This document shows, piece by piece, positions 36,701-51,500 of a stretch of DNA of 64,000 bases (the stretch's first letter is position 1; every line of letters begins with the position of its first letter). The notes beneath the pieces are model-generated. The model ran no database searches. It saw nothing but the letters and a program-made list of their open reading frames with translations, and was not told the origin of the DNA. The DNA is from Anaeramoeba ignava BMAN (taxonomy: Eukaryota; Protista; Anaeramoebae): positions 186,001-250,000 of the forward strand of contig JAPDFW010000066.1 of the NCBI GenBank assembly GCA_028826165.1, read 5' to 3'. The position numbers and the translations under genes were made by a program.

Positions 36701-39700
36701 ACTCAGGAAGAGTGTAAAATTCTGGGATCAATTCCCTTACATCAGCAGTATTTTCTTTACTAGCCGAGCGATATGCATTACTAATTGAGGAAAAAATCCG
36801 ATTTGGATTATCAAATGAACCTCCTTGCAAACGCACATGTTGCCGAGAAAAAGGCTCCATTCGAATAAGATAGTGGCTGACTATTGCAGCAGAAGAGTAA
36901 TGTGTTCCATAATGGAAAGAACTATTTTTTTGATTTGGATCGCATGATTCTTGGAAATGCATTTTGTAATATTCAGCTCTTTTTGGATCAAGTGCTCCCA
37001 TCGGTTTGGAAAGATCTCGATACATTTCTGGATTTTCGAGATCAAGCTCTTGGCTTTGGTAGTCTGAAATAACCCAAGGGAAAACAGGGTATTGAGTCAA
37101 ATCATTATAACTTCTTCCAGCAACTGTGTTTAAATAAGTTAGATATTGAAAATTTGAAATTTCTCCGTTGTGCCATTTCTCCTTTTCTAAATCACCAAAA
37201 AGTAGTCTTGTTGATAACACGGTTGTTTTACTTTCCTTTGTAAGCTTAGATCCTGTGATCTTATCAATTTCGTTTGTGATTTTCGGTGATATCGAAGTAA
37301 TAGAGTTACAGACTCGATTTCTTTGTTGTTGCGAATTGAAGAAAAGTAAGAAAGTGTATCCGTTATTCAGGAAAAACTCAAGTCCAATTGGTTGAAGTGA
37401 AAATGTCCGATCAAAAATATGGTCAATAATTGATATTCTCCATTTCTTTATGTTCTGTCCAAAATTGTATTGTTTTTTGTTTTGTTTTTTGGTTTGTGAC
37501 TCTTCACATAAACTTTTTTGGATTGCAAAAAGCATACGAAGACTACGATGATTCTCAAGTTCGTTTTGCTGTTCAGCATTGATTTCGCTGAATGCTGTCA
37601 TTTTTCCATCAGGAGTAAGAAAGTGGTTTTTGATAAAATATAAATTTCGCGAAGATATAACAAGAACTCCAATTTTTGCATTATTTTCTGTTACTTTTCC
37701 ACAATTAACTTTATTATGGATAGTTTCATAAGGTTCAAATTTTTGATATATTGGATAATTCTTGGTGATTTCTTGAATCTTGTTTTGCATTGTATGTAGA
37801 TTTGTTTCTGGAATAGGACTAAGTAGCGATTCGTTTATAGAAGTTGATTTTTTGTTATTCATTTTTTCAAGTGATGAATTTTTTGTTTCTTGAATGACTT
37901 TTTCGGAATCATCAGAAAAATCTGCATTTTGTTCTTGCATTGTATTCCCGATATTATCATTGATATTAATATTATTATCTTTTTCAATATTATTTGCTTT
38001 TTTTTGTTGTGATTTCAATCTTTTTTCTTCATAACTCATATGTTTTTGAAATTTGTAATTCCTTCTCAATTTTGTTCTCATTCTATAAGGTCCTTCTGTC
38101 AAATCACATTTCCATTTTGGATCAGGATCTTGATCATTTCCCCAAACTGCTCTTTCGCGAACAAGATCTCTTCGTAATTTTTTCCAGTTATTGCGTGAAA
38201 AACTTGGTTGTGAATAAATCAATCGACTTAGCTCAGCTATTATAACTTCATCCTCCTTAGATTGAAAAAACGCACTTGAATTCTTTTCTCTTATATTATT
38301 AACTTCTTGTTTTTCTTGAGCCTTACGCTTTGCAATTTTACTTTGCAATAATTTTCTCTCGGAAATTTCGTTTTCTCTCAATTTGATAGAAATTTCATTG
38401 AAATTTTCATGGTTTTTGGGGATATGAGATTCAATTATTTTATGGATCCGATCTTCATTTTCTCTCAAAAATTTCATAAATCGTTTTTTGGTTGATTCTT
38501 CGAAAAAATGCATAATTCCTTGATGGAAGAGGGTTTTTTGTTTCCCTGATTTGGTACGATATGATAGTAATGTCTGGATATAACTAGGCTTTTTAATAAG
38601 TGAATCCCTCAATATATTTTCAGCCACAGAAACAATTTCTTGGTTTTTCAATCGAATGTATTTGAATATTCGTGAATAAAATGGTGACAAAAAAGAATAT
38701 GAGCTGTTGAACGAATTCAAAAAAAGCTTCTTGTTATTATTTATAATTGTGAGAATATAAACGATTCTGTTTTGAGTGTTTTTGTCGGTTTTGTCTTCAT
38801 TTTGGTGGGATATTGGCGACAAAATATGCAAAGCAATCTGATCCAAATCCATATACAATGGGAAAATCATTGAATTGGGATACTTTTCCTTGATTTTATC
38901 CTTCTTCATATTTGATAATTGGCATTGTATTTTCTCTTTGAGTGTTGCCAATAAGGATATGTAAAAGGAGACAATCTTTTTTTGTTCTTTCCAAGTGAAA
39001 ATTTTTTGGAAAAGTTTGTTTTTCAGTTCAAAAGAAAATTGTATCAAATTTTTATCATACGCTGAATCAGGAATAAGAATTGAAAACAAAGGCAATTCCT
39101 TAATAACACCCTCAATTTTCATCATTATTCGGAGAAGAATGACTTTTTGAAGATAATAAATAGATCTCGAATAAAGACTACGAGGCACTGAGATAAATAT
39201 TTCTCGTTCAACATTATTAAACATCTTTGATGTTCTCAAGTTCTTGAAACAAATATCAACCAGAAAAAGAAGCAACTTCGATGTTATTGGATTGAAAAAC
39301 AGAATTTGTGTGAAATTACGAATAACAGCATCTTGTTCAGTTTGCGAAAACTTGTGTTTATTTAAAGCTGTAATATTATCGCTACTGAATGATTGATTTG
39401 GCATTTTCGATGTCTTTTTATTCGGATTATCTGAGTTTTTTGAGTTCTCATCATTTTCCAATTTAAATGAGCTATCTTTTGATAAAACAGGAACATCAGG
39501 ACTTGCTATTCTTGGTATATTTTCTTCGAAACTAAGATCATGTTTTAAATATTTGCTTTCTGATATTTTTTCATTTCCATTTTCATTTCCAAAGTGAAAA
39601 TTTTTAGTAATATTTAAAGCATTTGATTCCAAAAAATTTGTTCTTTGAGGAATTTTGTTGCTATTTTCCGTATTGGATTTATTATCAAATATCCAATAGA

Positions 39701-42700
39701 CATCCGGAACAAAAAACTTAAAAAGCTCGAGAAAATTTACAGGAAATATCACAGAGAGAATGCCTTCAATAAATGTTGAAGAGCTAAAAAACGGTTGATA
39801 TTCTTCAAAACCTGAAAACAAAGGGAAAATTAAATCTAAAATTTGGTGTATTATATCAAATAACCAAGAAAAAGGGTCTTGATTTGATTTTTGATTTAAA
39901 TGAGATTTCCTTTCTTTTTGTAAACGAATACGTAAATCATTTACAGAAACCGAAAATTCGTGGAATTGAGTATTATTGTTATTATTGTGAGTTTTCAAGT
40001 TTGTTGTTTTTTCAATTTCAGATTTGAAATAATGATCGAAATAATGCTTTTGGAAATTGTGGAAGATAGAAAACAATAATGAAATGGCCTCAAAAGAATA
40101 AATTCCTGATTTATTGTGTTGGAAATAATCAATTGCTTTTTTTGTACTTTCAACAACAAGTTGAGAATAATTGGTTATCTTCCCGAAAACTAAGTTGATT
40201 AAAATTGTGTAAATATGTTCGTTTTTGTACATTTTTGGAAGTGATTTAGACAAGAAAATAAAGCCTGAACGCTGTGAGAATTTTTGATAAAACGAAGGTT
40301 GCAAAATAATCAAGTTTGAAATGATAAGAAAAGCAAGAGAAACTGTTGATGGATGAGATTCCCTTGATAAAAAAACTAATAAATAATGAGGATCAAATAT
40401 ATCGAACAAGACCTGAAGTATCTTATCATTTGCTTTGTTTTTCAAAACAAGAATATGGATGATATGGAGTAGATTGTTTGTCTTGAATATTGGAAGCAGT
40501 AATTTTGTTGAAGGATGAAGCCAATAAGTAAGATTTTTTGAGCGAAAAACCTTGAGATTATTAATAGAATTTGATATCTGGAAAGTTGCCCAAAGGAAAT
40601 TTGCAAGGAATTTGAGTGAGTGCTGAATTGGATCAGCATGGAAAAGCCAGATAAGGAGTTTGGAAATAACGAAAATGGTCTCTGCTTCGATTTGCTTATT
40701 ACGAATGAAGTAAATTGCGAATTGAACAACTCCAATTTCCCTTAAACGCATTGAATTAAACATTATGTGGTTATTATTTTTCAAGAAAAGCTTGATTGTT
40801 GAAAAGACTTTTCTCTGAATACTCCCACTAACTTGGCTCCATACTAAGTTGCGTATAAAAATCTTGTTGATGGAACAGAGACTTGTTACGACAGATTTTT
40901 CTGGAGAGTTGATGTTTAAACCGGAAAAAGTGAAAAGTAATTCAACCGTTTTTTCATCAATCAAAGATTTTTTTTCCTGTAAAAAGTATCGGATCAAATT
41001 AAATCCATTAATTCTCGTCATGTCTGCTTTCATAGTCGATGAATTTGTGATGACGAGATTGATCAAATGCAAAACATTGTTGAAATCTTTTGTTTCTTTA
41101 ACAGATTCCAAAAATATAAAAAAAACTTGTGGTCCGCATAACTTTGCAAATTGATAGAGAATTCCTTTGTTGCTAAATATGCTTGTTTTTCCTGTGAGAA
41201 TCCCAAAGGGTGTGCCATTAGCTGAGGCGATATTAAACAGAGCTTTTGTCTCCATGAGTTTTTCTTGATTATCTATTTTTACGGTTGTTATATTTGCAGA
41301 TTTTTTGATTGTATGATTTGGTGAAAATGCAAATATGATTTTGCTTTTTTTCAAGGCTATTGTTTTGTGTTGGATGTCTAGAATGCGATATTGCTCCTCT
41401 GAAGACTCTTTTGATAAACGAGATAGGTTTTCTGAAGAGAAATTTGTGTCTTTGTGATAAAGAGAAATAGGACCTTCAAGAGAACTATCAAAATTAGGTC
41501 CCAGCAAAAACAAACTGAATACATCTTCTTGTGTCAAAGAAGTTGAAAAAAGATAAATAGAGAAAAGCTCCCATTTCATGTGCGGGGATTTGCTAATGGA
41601 TTTGATACTTATTAGGTTTCCAATTTCCATTTCGATTTTATCAACCTCTGAAATTTGATGTGGAAAATGTATTTTTTCACTTTTAAAAAGTTGACCATCA
41701 ATAAATATTTTTGCACGACTTGAAGACATTAATGAATTTTTATGAACAAACACAATATGAAGAAGTTGATTTTCTTGGAGATTTTCTATCTCGAATTTGA
41801 AAGAATTTTCGGATATTTGGATGATTATAAACTTTTCTTGAAGGATTATTGCCATGTTTGTTTTATTGTCTTTCTTGTTTTTTATATGAAAAAGAATAGC
41901 AGATGAAGGAATTTCTTGGTTATTAATTGTGTCTATTCTGATCCATATTGATATCGAGTATTCTGAAGGAGGCCATTTGAAATTCTTAGGAAAATTACAA
42001 ATGGTTATTTTTTCAGTATTTTTTTCGTTTTTGTATTTTTTGAATAATAGCTTTATTGTTTCATTTTGTGATTTGGTATCTTCCAAGTAAGAAGAGTAAT
42101 CGAAAATAATTGAACAATAACTTTCTTTTTGGAATATTTTTATGAGTATATCGATAAGTAAATGAGGGAAAGTATTCAATTTTCGGAAATGTTGGAATAA
42201 TTGTCTGAGTTCTCCAGCACCAAAACTGTCTTTTCCAAAAAGAACTAGATAATCAACTAAGCTTTCGAATAAAGGTGATACATCTTTGGCTTGATTTTGG
42301 AATATAATATTTTGATATTTATTAATTATTAACCCACAAGTACTATATTTATACAAAATTTTGCGATTTACAGGTTCTTTTTCACATAAATAGATAATTC
42401 TTTTGATAAATTTTGATTGTTTTAGTAAAGGAATTTTTGAGATATTATCGATTAAGAATGGGATAATTTTTGGATATGAAAATTTAAGGGAATAATATTT
42501 TGGATGATCAATAATATCATTTTGAATATTTTCATTATCTTTTTCAATATCATTTTGGATATCTTTTTGGATATCTTTTTGAATATTTTCATTATCTTTT
42601 TGAATATCTTTTTGAATATTTTCATTATCTTTATTTTCATTATTTTCATTATCTTTTTGAATATTTTCATTATTTTCATTATCTTTTTCAATATTTTTTT

Positions 42701-45492
42701 GGATATCTTTTTGAATATTTTCATTATTTTTATTTTCATTATCTTCAATATCTTTTTCATTATTTTCATTATTTTCAATATCTTCTTTTTGATTATTTTC
42801 ATTATCTTCAATATCTTTTTGAATATTTTCATTATTTTCATTATTTTCATTATCTTTTTGAATATTTTCATTATTTTCATTTTCAATATTATTTTCATTA
42901 TTTTCTTTTTCAATATCTTTTTGAATATTTTCATTATTTTCATTTTCAATATTATTTTCATTATTTTCATTATTTTCATCTCTAAAACAAATAAATTCGA
43001 AATTCCAAAGAAATCGCCATTCAAGACTTAAATCTAAAAGTAAACTCATAATAACTAAAGCAGAATCTTCTGTAGAAAGAAGTCCTGAATTTTCCATAAT
43101 TTTTTCTAAATTGGACATATATTTTTCTTCAAAAATTATTTTATTTTGTGGACAATTTAAAATAGAATCAATTAAACATTGAAATATAGATGATAATAAA
43201 GTAGAAAGTTCAAATTTCCAACAACCAAATTGGGAAAAATTATTAAATAATTTCAACAGAGATTTTTCTAAACCTTGTTTTTCATAAAATAAAAATTTTA
43301 AATTGGCATTTTTAATAAAAAGTCTTGAAAATAAATTGAGAATATCAATATAAAGATTTGATTTTGTTGGTTGTATTTCTTCAAAAAGATCAAATAGAAT
43401 TTCAAAAAGTTTTTCTGTTTGTGATTTTGTTTCTAAAATTATTTTCTCCACTAAAATCAGTGTTTTTTGGTTAAGTTGAGCATAATTCAAAAAGGAAATT
43501 AGTTTTTCAAATCCTCCAATTTGAAGAAAATCTGCTAAATTATTTGAGCACTCTTCAATAAGATTTAAAGTTAGTTCCACTAATAACTCAAGTCGAATAA
43601 CATCTTTTTGTTGGATTGATTGATTTTCATCTTGAGGTAAATTTTGGATAAGTTTATTCAAATGTTCGCAAATGTATTTGAAAATATCAAGTTTTCCAAT
43701 TTTGTTTTTTAATTGTTTTTGAGTACTAATAATTCTGTTTATTGATTCAAGGAAAATTTTCATCACAAAATGAGAAATATTTTTTGATATCAAAGACATA
43801 AAAATTTCCAAGAGTTTTGTTGAATCAGGAAGTTTGATAATAAATTCTTCGAACAAACCAAGAATGTTTTTCTAAAAAATAATAATTAAAAATAATAATT
43901 AAAATTAAAATTAAAATTAAAATTAAAATTAAAATTAAAAATTAAAATTAAAATTAAAATTAAAATTAATTTTGTACTTGAATCTTTTCAGGAAATGTTT
44001 CCATTTGATCAATAAACATTTGCAAAATATCTATTTGATCGTCTGGAGAGTTTTTCAAAATATTAACAGAAATCAATCTTAAAATTTCATTTGAAATTGA
44101 ATCAGGAATTTCTTTGTGTTTAATAGAATGAAAGAAAATATTTTGGAGCATTTGAAGAGCTTTCAAATTGAACTTGCTTTGATGAGAAAAATTCCTTTTT
44201 TTATCGTTGTCATTTGGATTAATCATATCAATTTGAGCAAGATTGGATAAGATCTTTAAATAATCAGATAGAGAATCGGAATATTGGCTGGATTCTAGTA
44301 ATTGGAGTGTAGATGATTCCAAAATTTGATATCCTGAAACTTCATTAAAATGAGTAAGAATTTTTGGTGTTCGAAATTTAAAGTATTTCAAAATTGAATG
44401 CAAAAGAATATTTGCAAAATATATAAATAAATCAGGTTCTTTTTCAGGCATTTCCTTCATTGATAATAAAAGATACTTCACAATAAATTGATCTTCAATA
44501 AATTTACTCATTATATCATTTTGAGACGATTCAAAAACAGTTTGTAAAATATATGCAAGTGTGTGAGAAAAATATTTTCCTGTTTCTGTTTTTGTTGTTG
44601 ATTTTTGTAAGCATTGAATTAATAAAAGGAATTTTCCATTTTTGATAAATATTGCCAAAGTTTTTTCCTGAATAAAGAACTTGAGAATAAAAGTTGCGAA
44701 ATATCCAAAAATTTTTTTGATTTGGTGAATTTCTTTTCGAAGAAAATAATGAAATAAAAATTAAAAATTAAAAATAAAAAAAAGATTATTTAATTTAAGA
44801 TACTTTTTTGTTTGATGATTTTGGTTCCTAATTGATTAAAACTAATAAATATATCAACAATTAAATTTGGAAGTTGAGTTTGAGAAATTTTAATGATATT
44901 TCTTTTTGTGTTTTGAAGGAAATAATTTAAACAGATTAATTTTTGATAAGCAATAGTTTCAAAATTTTTTCCCATAAAAATCTTTATTAATTTGTATTGA
45001 TTTTCTTGAGAATATTTATTTTGTGTAATTTGATGAATAAAAGAGTTTGCAATTTCAAAAGTGAGTTCTTGTTCTTCATTAATTCTAATTTTTTATTTAT
45101 CATTTTAATTTTAATTTATTATTTTTAATTTTTAATTTTTAATTTACAAAATTTGTATTTTTTGATCTCTTGAAAAATGTTCATAAAGAATTGTAACTAT
45201 TTCATTAATTAAATTTTCTTTTTCAGAGGAATTTGATTTTTTATAATTTTCCCATTTTTCATCTAAAATTGGAAGTAAATTTAAATTTAAAATTTGATTT
45301 TGATTTTGATTTTGATTTTGATTTTGATTTTGATTTTGATTTTGATTTTGATTTTGATTTTGATTTTGATTTTGATTTGAATTTGAATTTTGAATTTTGA
45401 TTTAAATTTGAATTTAAATTTAATTTTGAATTTGAATTTGAATTTGAATTTAATTTTGATTTTTTTCCAAAAAAATTAAAAAAAGAAGTCAT
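33780..45492 (-). CDS. BEACH-domain protein with ConA-like, PH, BEACH, WD40 and C-terminal FYVE domains (WDFY3/Alfy/LvsA-like), multi-exon
   Basis: EGPYRMR, ISNFQYLTYLNTVAGRSYNDLTQYPVFPW, HYGTHYS, ELIPEFY, WIDLIFG, FGQTPKQLF, WD40 repeats, FYVE RKHHCRKCGKVVC. Confidence 0.92.
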
Positions 45493-45598
45493 TTGAAAAA
45501 AAAAAATTAAAGAAAGGAAAGAAAATGAAAAAAATGAAAATGAAAAAAATTGAAAAAAAAAAATAAATAAAATAAAATAAAAAAAAAAAGTTTTGGAT

Positions 45599-48500
45599 TT
45601 AATTAAAATTGGATTGAACTTTTCGAAGTTTTTCCTTTAAATTTTGTGATAAGAATTGATATCTTTCATTTTTCAAACCAGATCTAAAAAGGGAAGATTT
45701 TTGGAATTCATCATAAGCTTCTTGAAGAACAGAATAAGTTTCATTTAAAGCATTTTGGAATATTTCTTGATTTGGATGATTTTGAGAAGAATCAAGAGAA
45801 AAAAAGGTTTCATTTCTGGTTAAATCAGTGAGTAAAATTTGTTCATCTGATTCTTCATCAATGAATCTTTTGATGATAAATTTTGCTTGAGAAAGAGCTT
45901 CATTTGGATCGAGTTGATGAAGATAGTTGAGAACTTCCTCATAAAATTCAAGAGACAAACCGACATCATCCTCGTAGTTTTGCTCTATAAATGTGCCGAA
46001 ATCATTGAGTAATTTTTTATCTGAAAAAATGGTTTCAAATGGAGGAAGAGATTTTGATTTTTCCGATTCTGAGTTTTGGTCAGTTAAATCCTCAGTATTG
46101 ATAAATTTATCAATTTCTGAATTGAAACTATCAGAAGTGGTTTTATCTAACGGTAATTTTGGATCATCGTCGCTTTCGAGTTCGCTAAACATATCTGCAT
46201 CGAGCGTCTCTGTGTCAAGTGTCTCTGTTCCTTCTGTTTTATTTCCTGATGATTTTTCCTCGTTGTCACTAACATAATCATTAACATATTCAATATCAAG
46301 TTCTTTTTCGATTTGTTCGAGTGAAGTTGATTCGCTAAATGGGTTTATTGATTGAAATAGTTTTGAATGCTGCTGGGAAAATGATGAGAACATGCTTCGT
46401 TTTGATTGCAATCCATTTTTGGAAAGTAAATTTGTGTTTGATGGAGAAAGACTTGTTTTTTGCAGTAAATTTTCCTGGTTCATCCCACTTTCCATGTTCG
46501 CTAATGATGATTTTGTCTTGAGACCGAATTGGTCCTCGATTTTTATTGTGTTGAATTCGTTTCCTGCCTTTCTTTGTTCTTCAGCAAGTTTGGCAATAAA
46601 ACTTTCTTCTTGATTGAATGCTTTTCTTTCAAGAAATGAAATTGTCGAGAAGTTTTCGAATTTGGATTCAGGAGAAATTGCAGGCGTTCTGAAAATCATT
46701 TGGAATGATTCGATATTATCCTTCATCGTGTCGTATTTGGGGATTTTGAGTGAAGAGTGTCTGAGCGATTTGATCTGATCCTTTTTGGAATACATCTCGT
46801 TAATTGAGAGAATTCTTGGCATTTTTTCCTGTTGGTTTTTGTTTTCTTGAGATTGCCTTGTTTTCTTTGGAGAATCTATTTCTAATTCAATTTCACGATC
46901 TTTTTTGGATGATTCAAGTGCAAGTTCTTTTGTGTTTACAAGATGAATTTTTGACATGATTTGAGTAAGAGAATCTTTGCAATCGTTGGAAGTGTAGGTC
47001 CATCTTTCCACATGCTTGTATTTCAGAGGATTCACTTCCGCTCTTTTTCGGATGTGATCTTTTCTCAATAGAGAGAATTTGATGGGCGTGTCGAGTATTT
47101 TGGTGCAATGGCGATGGTGCAGAGTGTCAATATGATCGACTGCTATTTGGAAAATTACGTTGAATTTTTCTTGATATGATTTTGTGTTCGATTTGTTCAG
47201 CAAATGGAAAGCAAGTTCAAAGAGACCCGATAAATATTCGGATTCAAAACTCATCAGAAACGAGAGGAAATCAGCTGCATTTTTGGCGAATTTGGGGAAA
47301 TAATCCGATGCTAATTGTTTGCAAATTTGGGCGAAATGAGGATGAATATCAAATTGCTCCTGATCCAAACTGGAAGAAAATTCGCTAAAAATGGAGGAAA
47401 GTTGAATGTTTTTGGATAAAAACGTTTGCGAGATTTTTTTTAGTATTCTTTGGATGTGCAAACGCGTCTCTTGTTGTTCCTTTTTTTCCCATTTGGGGAA
47501 TTGAGACGAAATGTAATGCATTTTTACAAGCAGAATAATAATTGAAGTCAGATATCTTGTTTCTGATTGGTCAACCAATCTGTCGCAAGACGATAAGTTG
47601 AGGAAAGAAAGAATATCAAATACACTTTTTCGTGTTGCATTGAACATCAGTCCTTTGATTAGCAAAGGCTGCAATCCAGTGAAGGGTTTTTCCCAGTTTT
47701 CTGTGAATTTGAAGAAGAAAGAATATAATGATTGTTTATTTTTATTTTTGTTATTGTTATTGTTATTGTTATTATTATTGTTATTGTTATTGCTATTTTC
47801 GTTCTCTTTTGATTCATCGTTTTTCAGTTTGTCTTCTTCAAGAATTTTCCTGAAAAAATCATCTTTGAAAATGCGTTCGATGAGAAATATTGCTTTTTGG
47901 TAGATTTTTGTTGCTGCTGCGTTTTGTAGATGAAGAAATCCAACAACAACCCAAAAAATTTCAATGTAAAATTGTTCAAAATTTCCGAAAGCATGAATAT
48001 TTTCCAAAAGATAAAAAATAAAATCAAGGAAAATGGAGATTTGATCGAGTGGTTTGACTTCCACATCTTTCTGCTGTTGTTGCAATAGCAAGAAGCGTGA
48101 GCTTGGTTTTTGGGAAATTGTGGAATATTCCGATAGAAACCGCGAAGTGCGAGTTTTTTTGAGAGTGGCAGAAATTTTGAGGTAGTTATCCAGATTAAAC
48201 AGTGAGAAATCAACAAATTTTTCGTAAATTATGTTATTGAAGGGAGAGTTGAACGAGTTGTAAATAGAGATTGAAATGAAGGAATAGAAAGAGTCGACGC
48301 AATACAATCCCCATTTGAGAGCATACTGTCCGCATTTTTCTGTTATTTCTGGGATTGCGCAAACAAGACAATCCTTGATGACTGAATAGAAATGGGAAAT
48401 GCTTATTAAGGAGCCTGTTTTTTCCAACGGAAGTTTATAAAGAAGACTAAATAGTTGATCATTTTGGCTGTTCTTTTCATTACAAAGAGAACAGTTTTTA

Positions 48501-51500
48501 GGATGGAAATTAAATTGGGCTGCGTTATTATTATTATTTTTGTTATTATTATTGTTTTTGTTATTGTGAGTATTTTTGGATTTGGTCTTTTTGTCTTTGT
48601 CTTTTTCTAATGCGGGGAAATAAAACGATGAGTGAGAATTAATAACTTCCGAAATGAATTTTGTTGCGAATTGGGCTTTTTGGATAAAATCCTCGTTAGC
48701 GTTTGGGAAGGAGTAAAGCAAAAGAGAGGAGATGATGTTTGTGAGGAGATTGAGAATGGTTTCCAATTTCAAGGGATAGTAAAAAATGGAGTGGATAGCG
48801 ACTCTGAGCAGACAGTGGTGGATGATAATGTGCAAGTAAGGAAGAAGGGGTTTGATGTCAAAAAGAATAAGATCATTTACAACAAGAAGAATGCAGTCGA
48901 TTTCGGAGTTTGTGTATTCGGATAATTTTCTGAAGTTTTTTTGAATATATTGCACTTGTGAGTTTGACAAATTGGATGTTAAAATGTTGAGATCGTAAAT
49001 CCAATCGTCTTCATCGACATCATCAAATTGTTTTGGGAAGCTGATTTGCTTCCAGTCGTTCCAGTACTTGAGCATTAAGGGATAGATTAAAGGGATAATT
49101 GTGAGAGAGGAGAAGGATTTGTACAAACGAAGAATTGCTTTTTTGGGGAGTGAGTTATGAGGTCTTTGGTGGATGAGGAAATAGATGACAGTAAATGTAT
49201 TTTTTTTGGTGATTAATTGAGTTTCAATATTTGCACTTTGTGATTTTGACAATTTTTTTGAGTTATTATTATTGTTGTTATTATTATCATTGTTATTATT
49301 TTCAATGATATTCAAAACAGTGTTATCGGGAATTTTTTCAATCCCAATATTATCAATATCAAGCTGAGCATTCTCAGAATCTGCAATTGCCAAACTGTAC
49401 CAAAGATCGACACTATCTTGGAAATTGTCTTCCTTGATGAACAATTGCTCTTTGAGTGTTATGCTGAAAAGATCGTTAAGAAAGGATTGTGTTGTGTAAA
49501 AAGTAGATTTTGTTCTTTTTTTACCGACAAAGAACAAATCCTCGTTTTCGAACTGAACAATTTCGCACCAAGGAATAAGTAATTTTTTGATGAGAGAAAT
49601 GTAATTTGAGCCAATCTTTTTGGAATTGATTCTGTATATTGATTCCTTAAATATAAACTCTGCAAAATCAGAACAAGATCTCGAGATGAGACGATTGATT
49701 TTTGCGGGGATGTCTTCGACGTCTCTAAAATCTGTATTGTATACATAGGGTCTTTCCAAATCAAGAAGTTGCTGGATATCGAACCGCTGATTTTGTAAAG
49801 AAAATGACTGGGGATCAATGGATAAAGTGGGGAGAATTTTCCAGAGAAACTCAAAACTCAATTCGCGAGTTCTTTGACCTATGTCGTATAGATATAGCAG
49901 ACCCAGCAAGATAAGAGAGCCTTTTTGATCGAGAATTGTTTGTATAAATGATATTTGCTTTGGATCCTCGATGGTGATAGCTGTTGTGTTTGTGTCTTGG
50001 GAGTTTTGATTTGAAATTGCGTTCAAATGCTCTGAACCGATAAACTGGTTGCAAATTGCGCGGAAATAAAGATAGTATCTCTCGTTTGGAGAAAAAGAAA
50101 AGGTGATGAATTTTTCCAGGAGATCGGATAAATGGAAAGAGAGAAGCCATCTAAGATTATCATAGCCCATTTCTTCTGAAAAAAGAAACCAATCCATTTT
50201 TTCATTGAAATCATTTTGATTGAATAATTTGCCTAGTTTGATGATATTCTCTGTAGCCAAGTGGCTTGACAATTTCAAGCGACTTCTTTTCCAATTGAAT
50301 TTGGAGCTGATGGTATTGATTTTGTTTTGGTCTTTGATTTTGGATTTTAGTTTGTCAAGATGATCGGATTGTGCAGCAAAAAACACTTCGGATTCCTGAC
50401 CAGCGCCTGACCAAAGTCGGAAGAATCTAAATGTTTTATATCTATCCTCGCGTTTCCAGTTTTTTGTGATGAATTTCGAGGAACGGAAACTTTTGTGAAT
50501 AACTCCGAATGTGGAGAGATTTGGGTGAGTAATTACGCACTTTAAAAAATTGTAAACGAATAAAGAGTAGTTGATTGAGTATTCGAAAGGATGTATTTGA
50601 AAGAGATGTGAAGAGAGGATTTTCTTTGGGGTTTGTTTCTTTTCGGTTGAATTGAGTGATTGTTTGCTTTCGATGATTTCTTGGTTCTTTTCGCAAAAGG
50701 AAATGATCTTCTTCAGTAGATTTGAATCAGATCCAAGAACAGAACATATGGTGCTCTGTGAAAAGAACATCCTCATGATTGAAGAGATGCAGTTGTGGAA
50801 CTGATTGTCTATTTCTGGTGATTTTTCGCGCAAGGAATTTGTGTGGAATAACTGCTGGATAAAAGTGAAAGCAGCAGGAAAAAGCCACGAATTCGAGCAA
50901 TATCCTGTAGTAAACGAGATGTATTTCTTGAGTAAGTTCTTTTCTGAAAAAAGCGATTCGAACCAACTGGGGAAAAGTTGTGATGCATTTTCAGCAAGCT
51001 TGTTCAATTTTTTCATTCTTTCTTGATGGGTGTTTGTAGACAGAATTTCTTGCTGTTTCTGTTCGGGCAAAGAAACCAAACTGAAAATGAAGCCGTGAAG
51101 ATTGATCCATTGATAGAATACTTCCATCGGCATTTGGGAAGGTGTGTTTGAAAAGGATGAGTTGAGTTTTTTGATGTAGCGGATGATGATTTGGTGAATC
51201 AAGTTAATATCGTTGAAGCTCTTTTTCTGAGCAATTAATTTTCCAATTTGAGAAAGATATAGAAGCCATAAAGTTGGATGACAAGAATAGGCTGCGTCTT
51301 TGAGGGAAATTGCTGGATAGTGGTTTGTGATATAAAGTTTGTTGTTTAATCCAAGAAGCAATTCAGAAGCGAATAAGCCTGTTACATTTTGAGTGATGAG
51401 ATTTTCATTTTCATCCAAAATATCCATCAATAAAATGGGGTTATTATCGTTATTATCGTTATTATTATTATTATCATTATTATCATTATCATTATTCACT

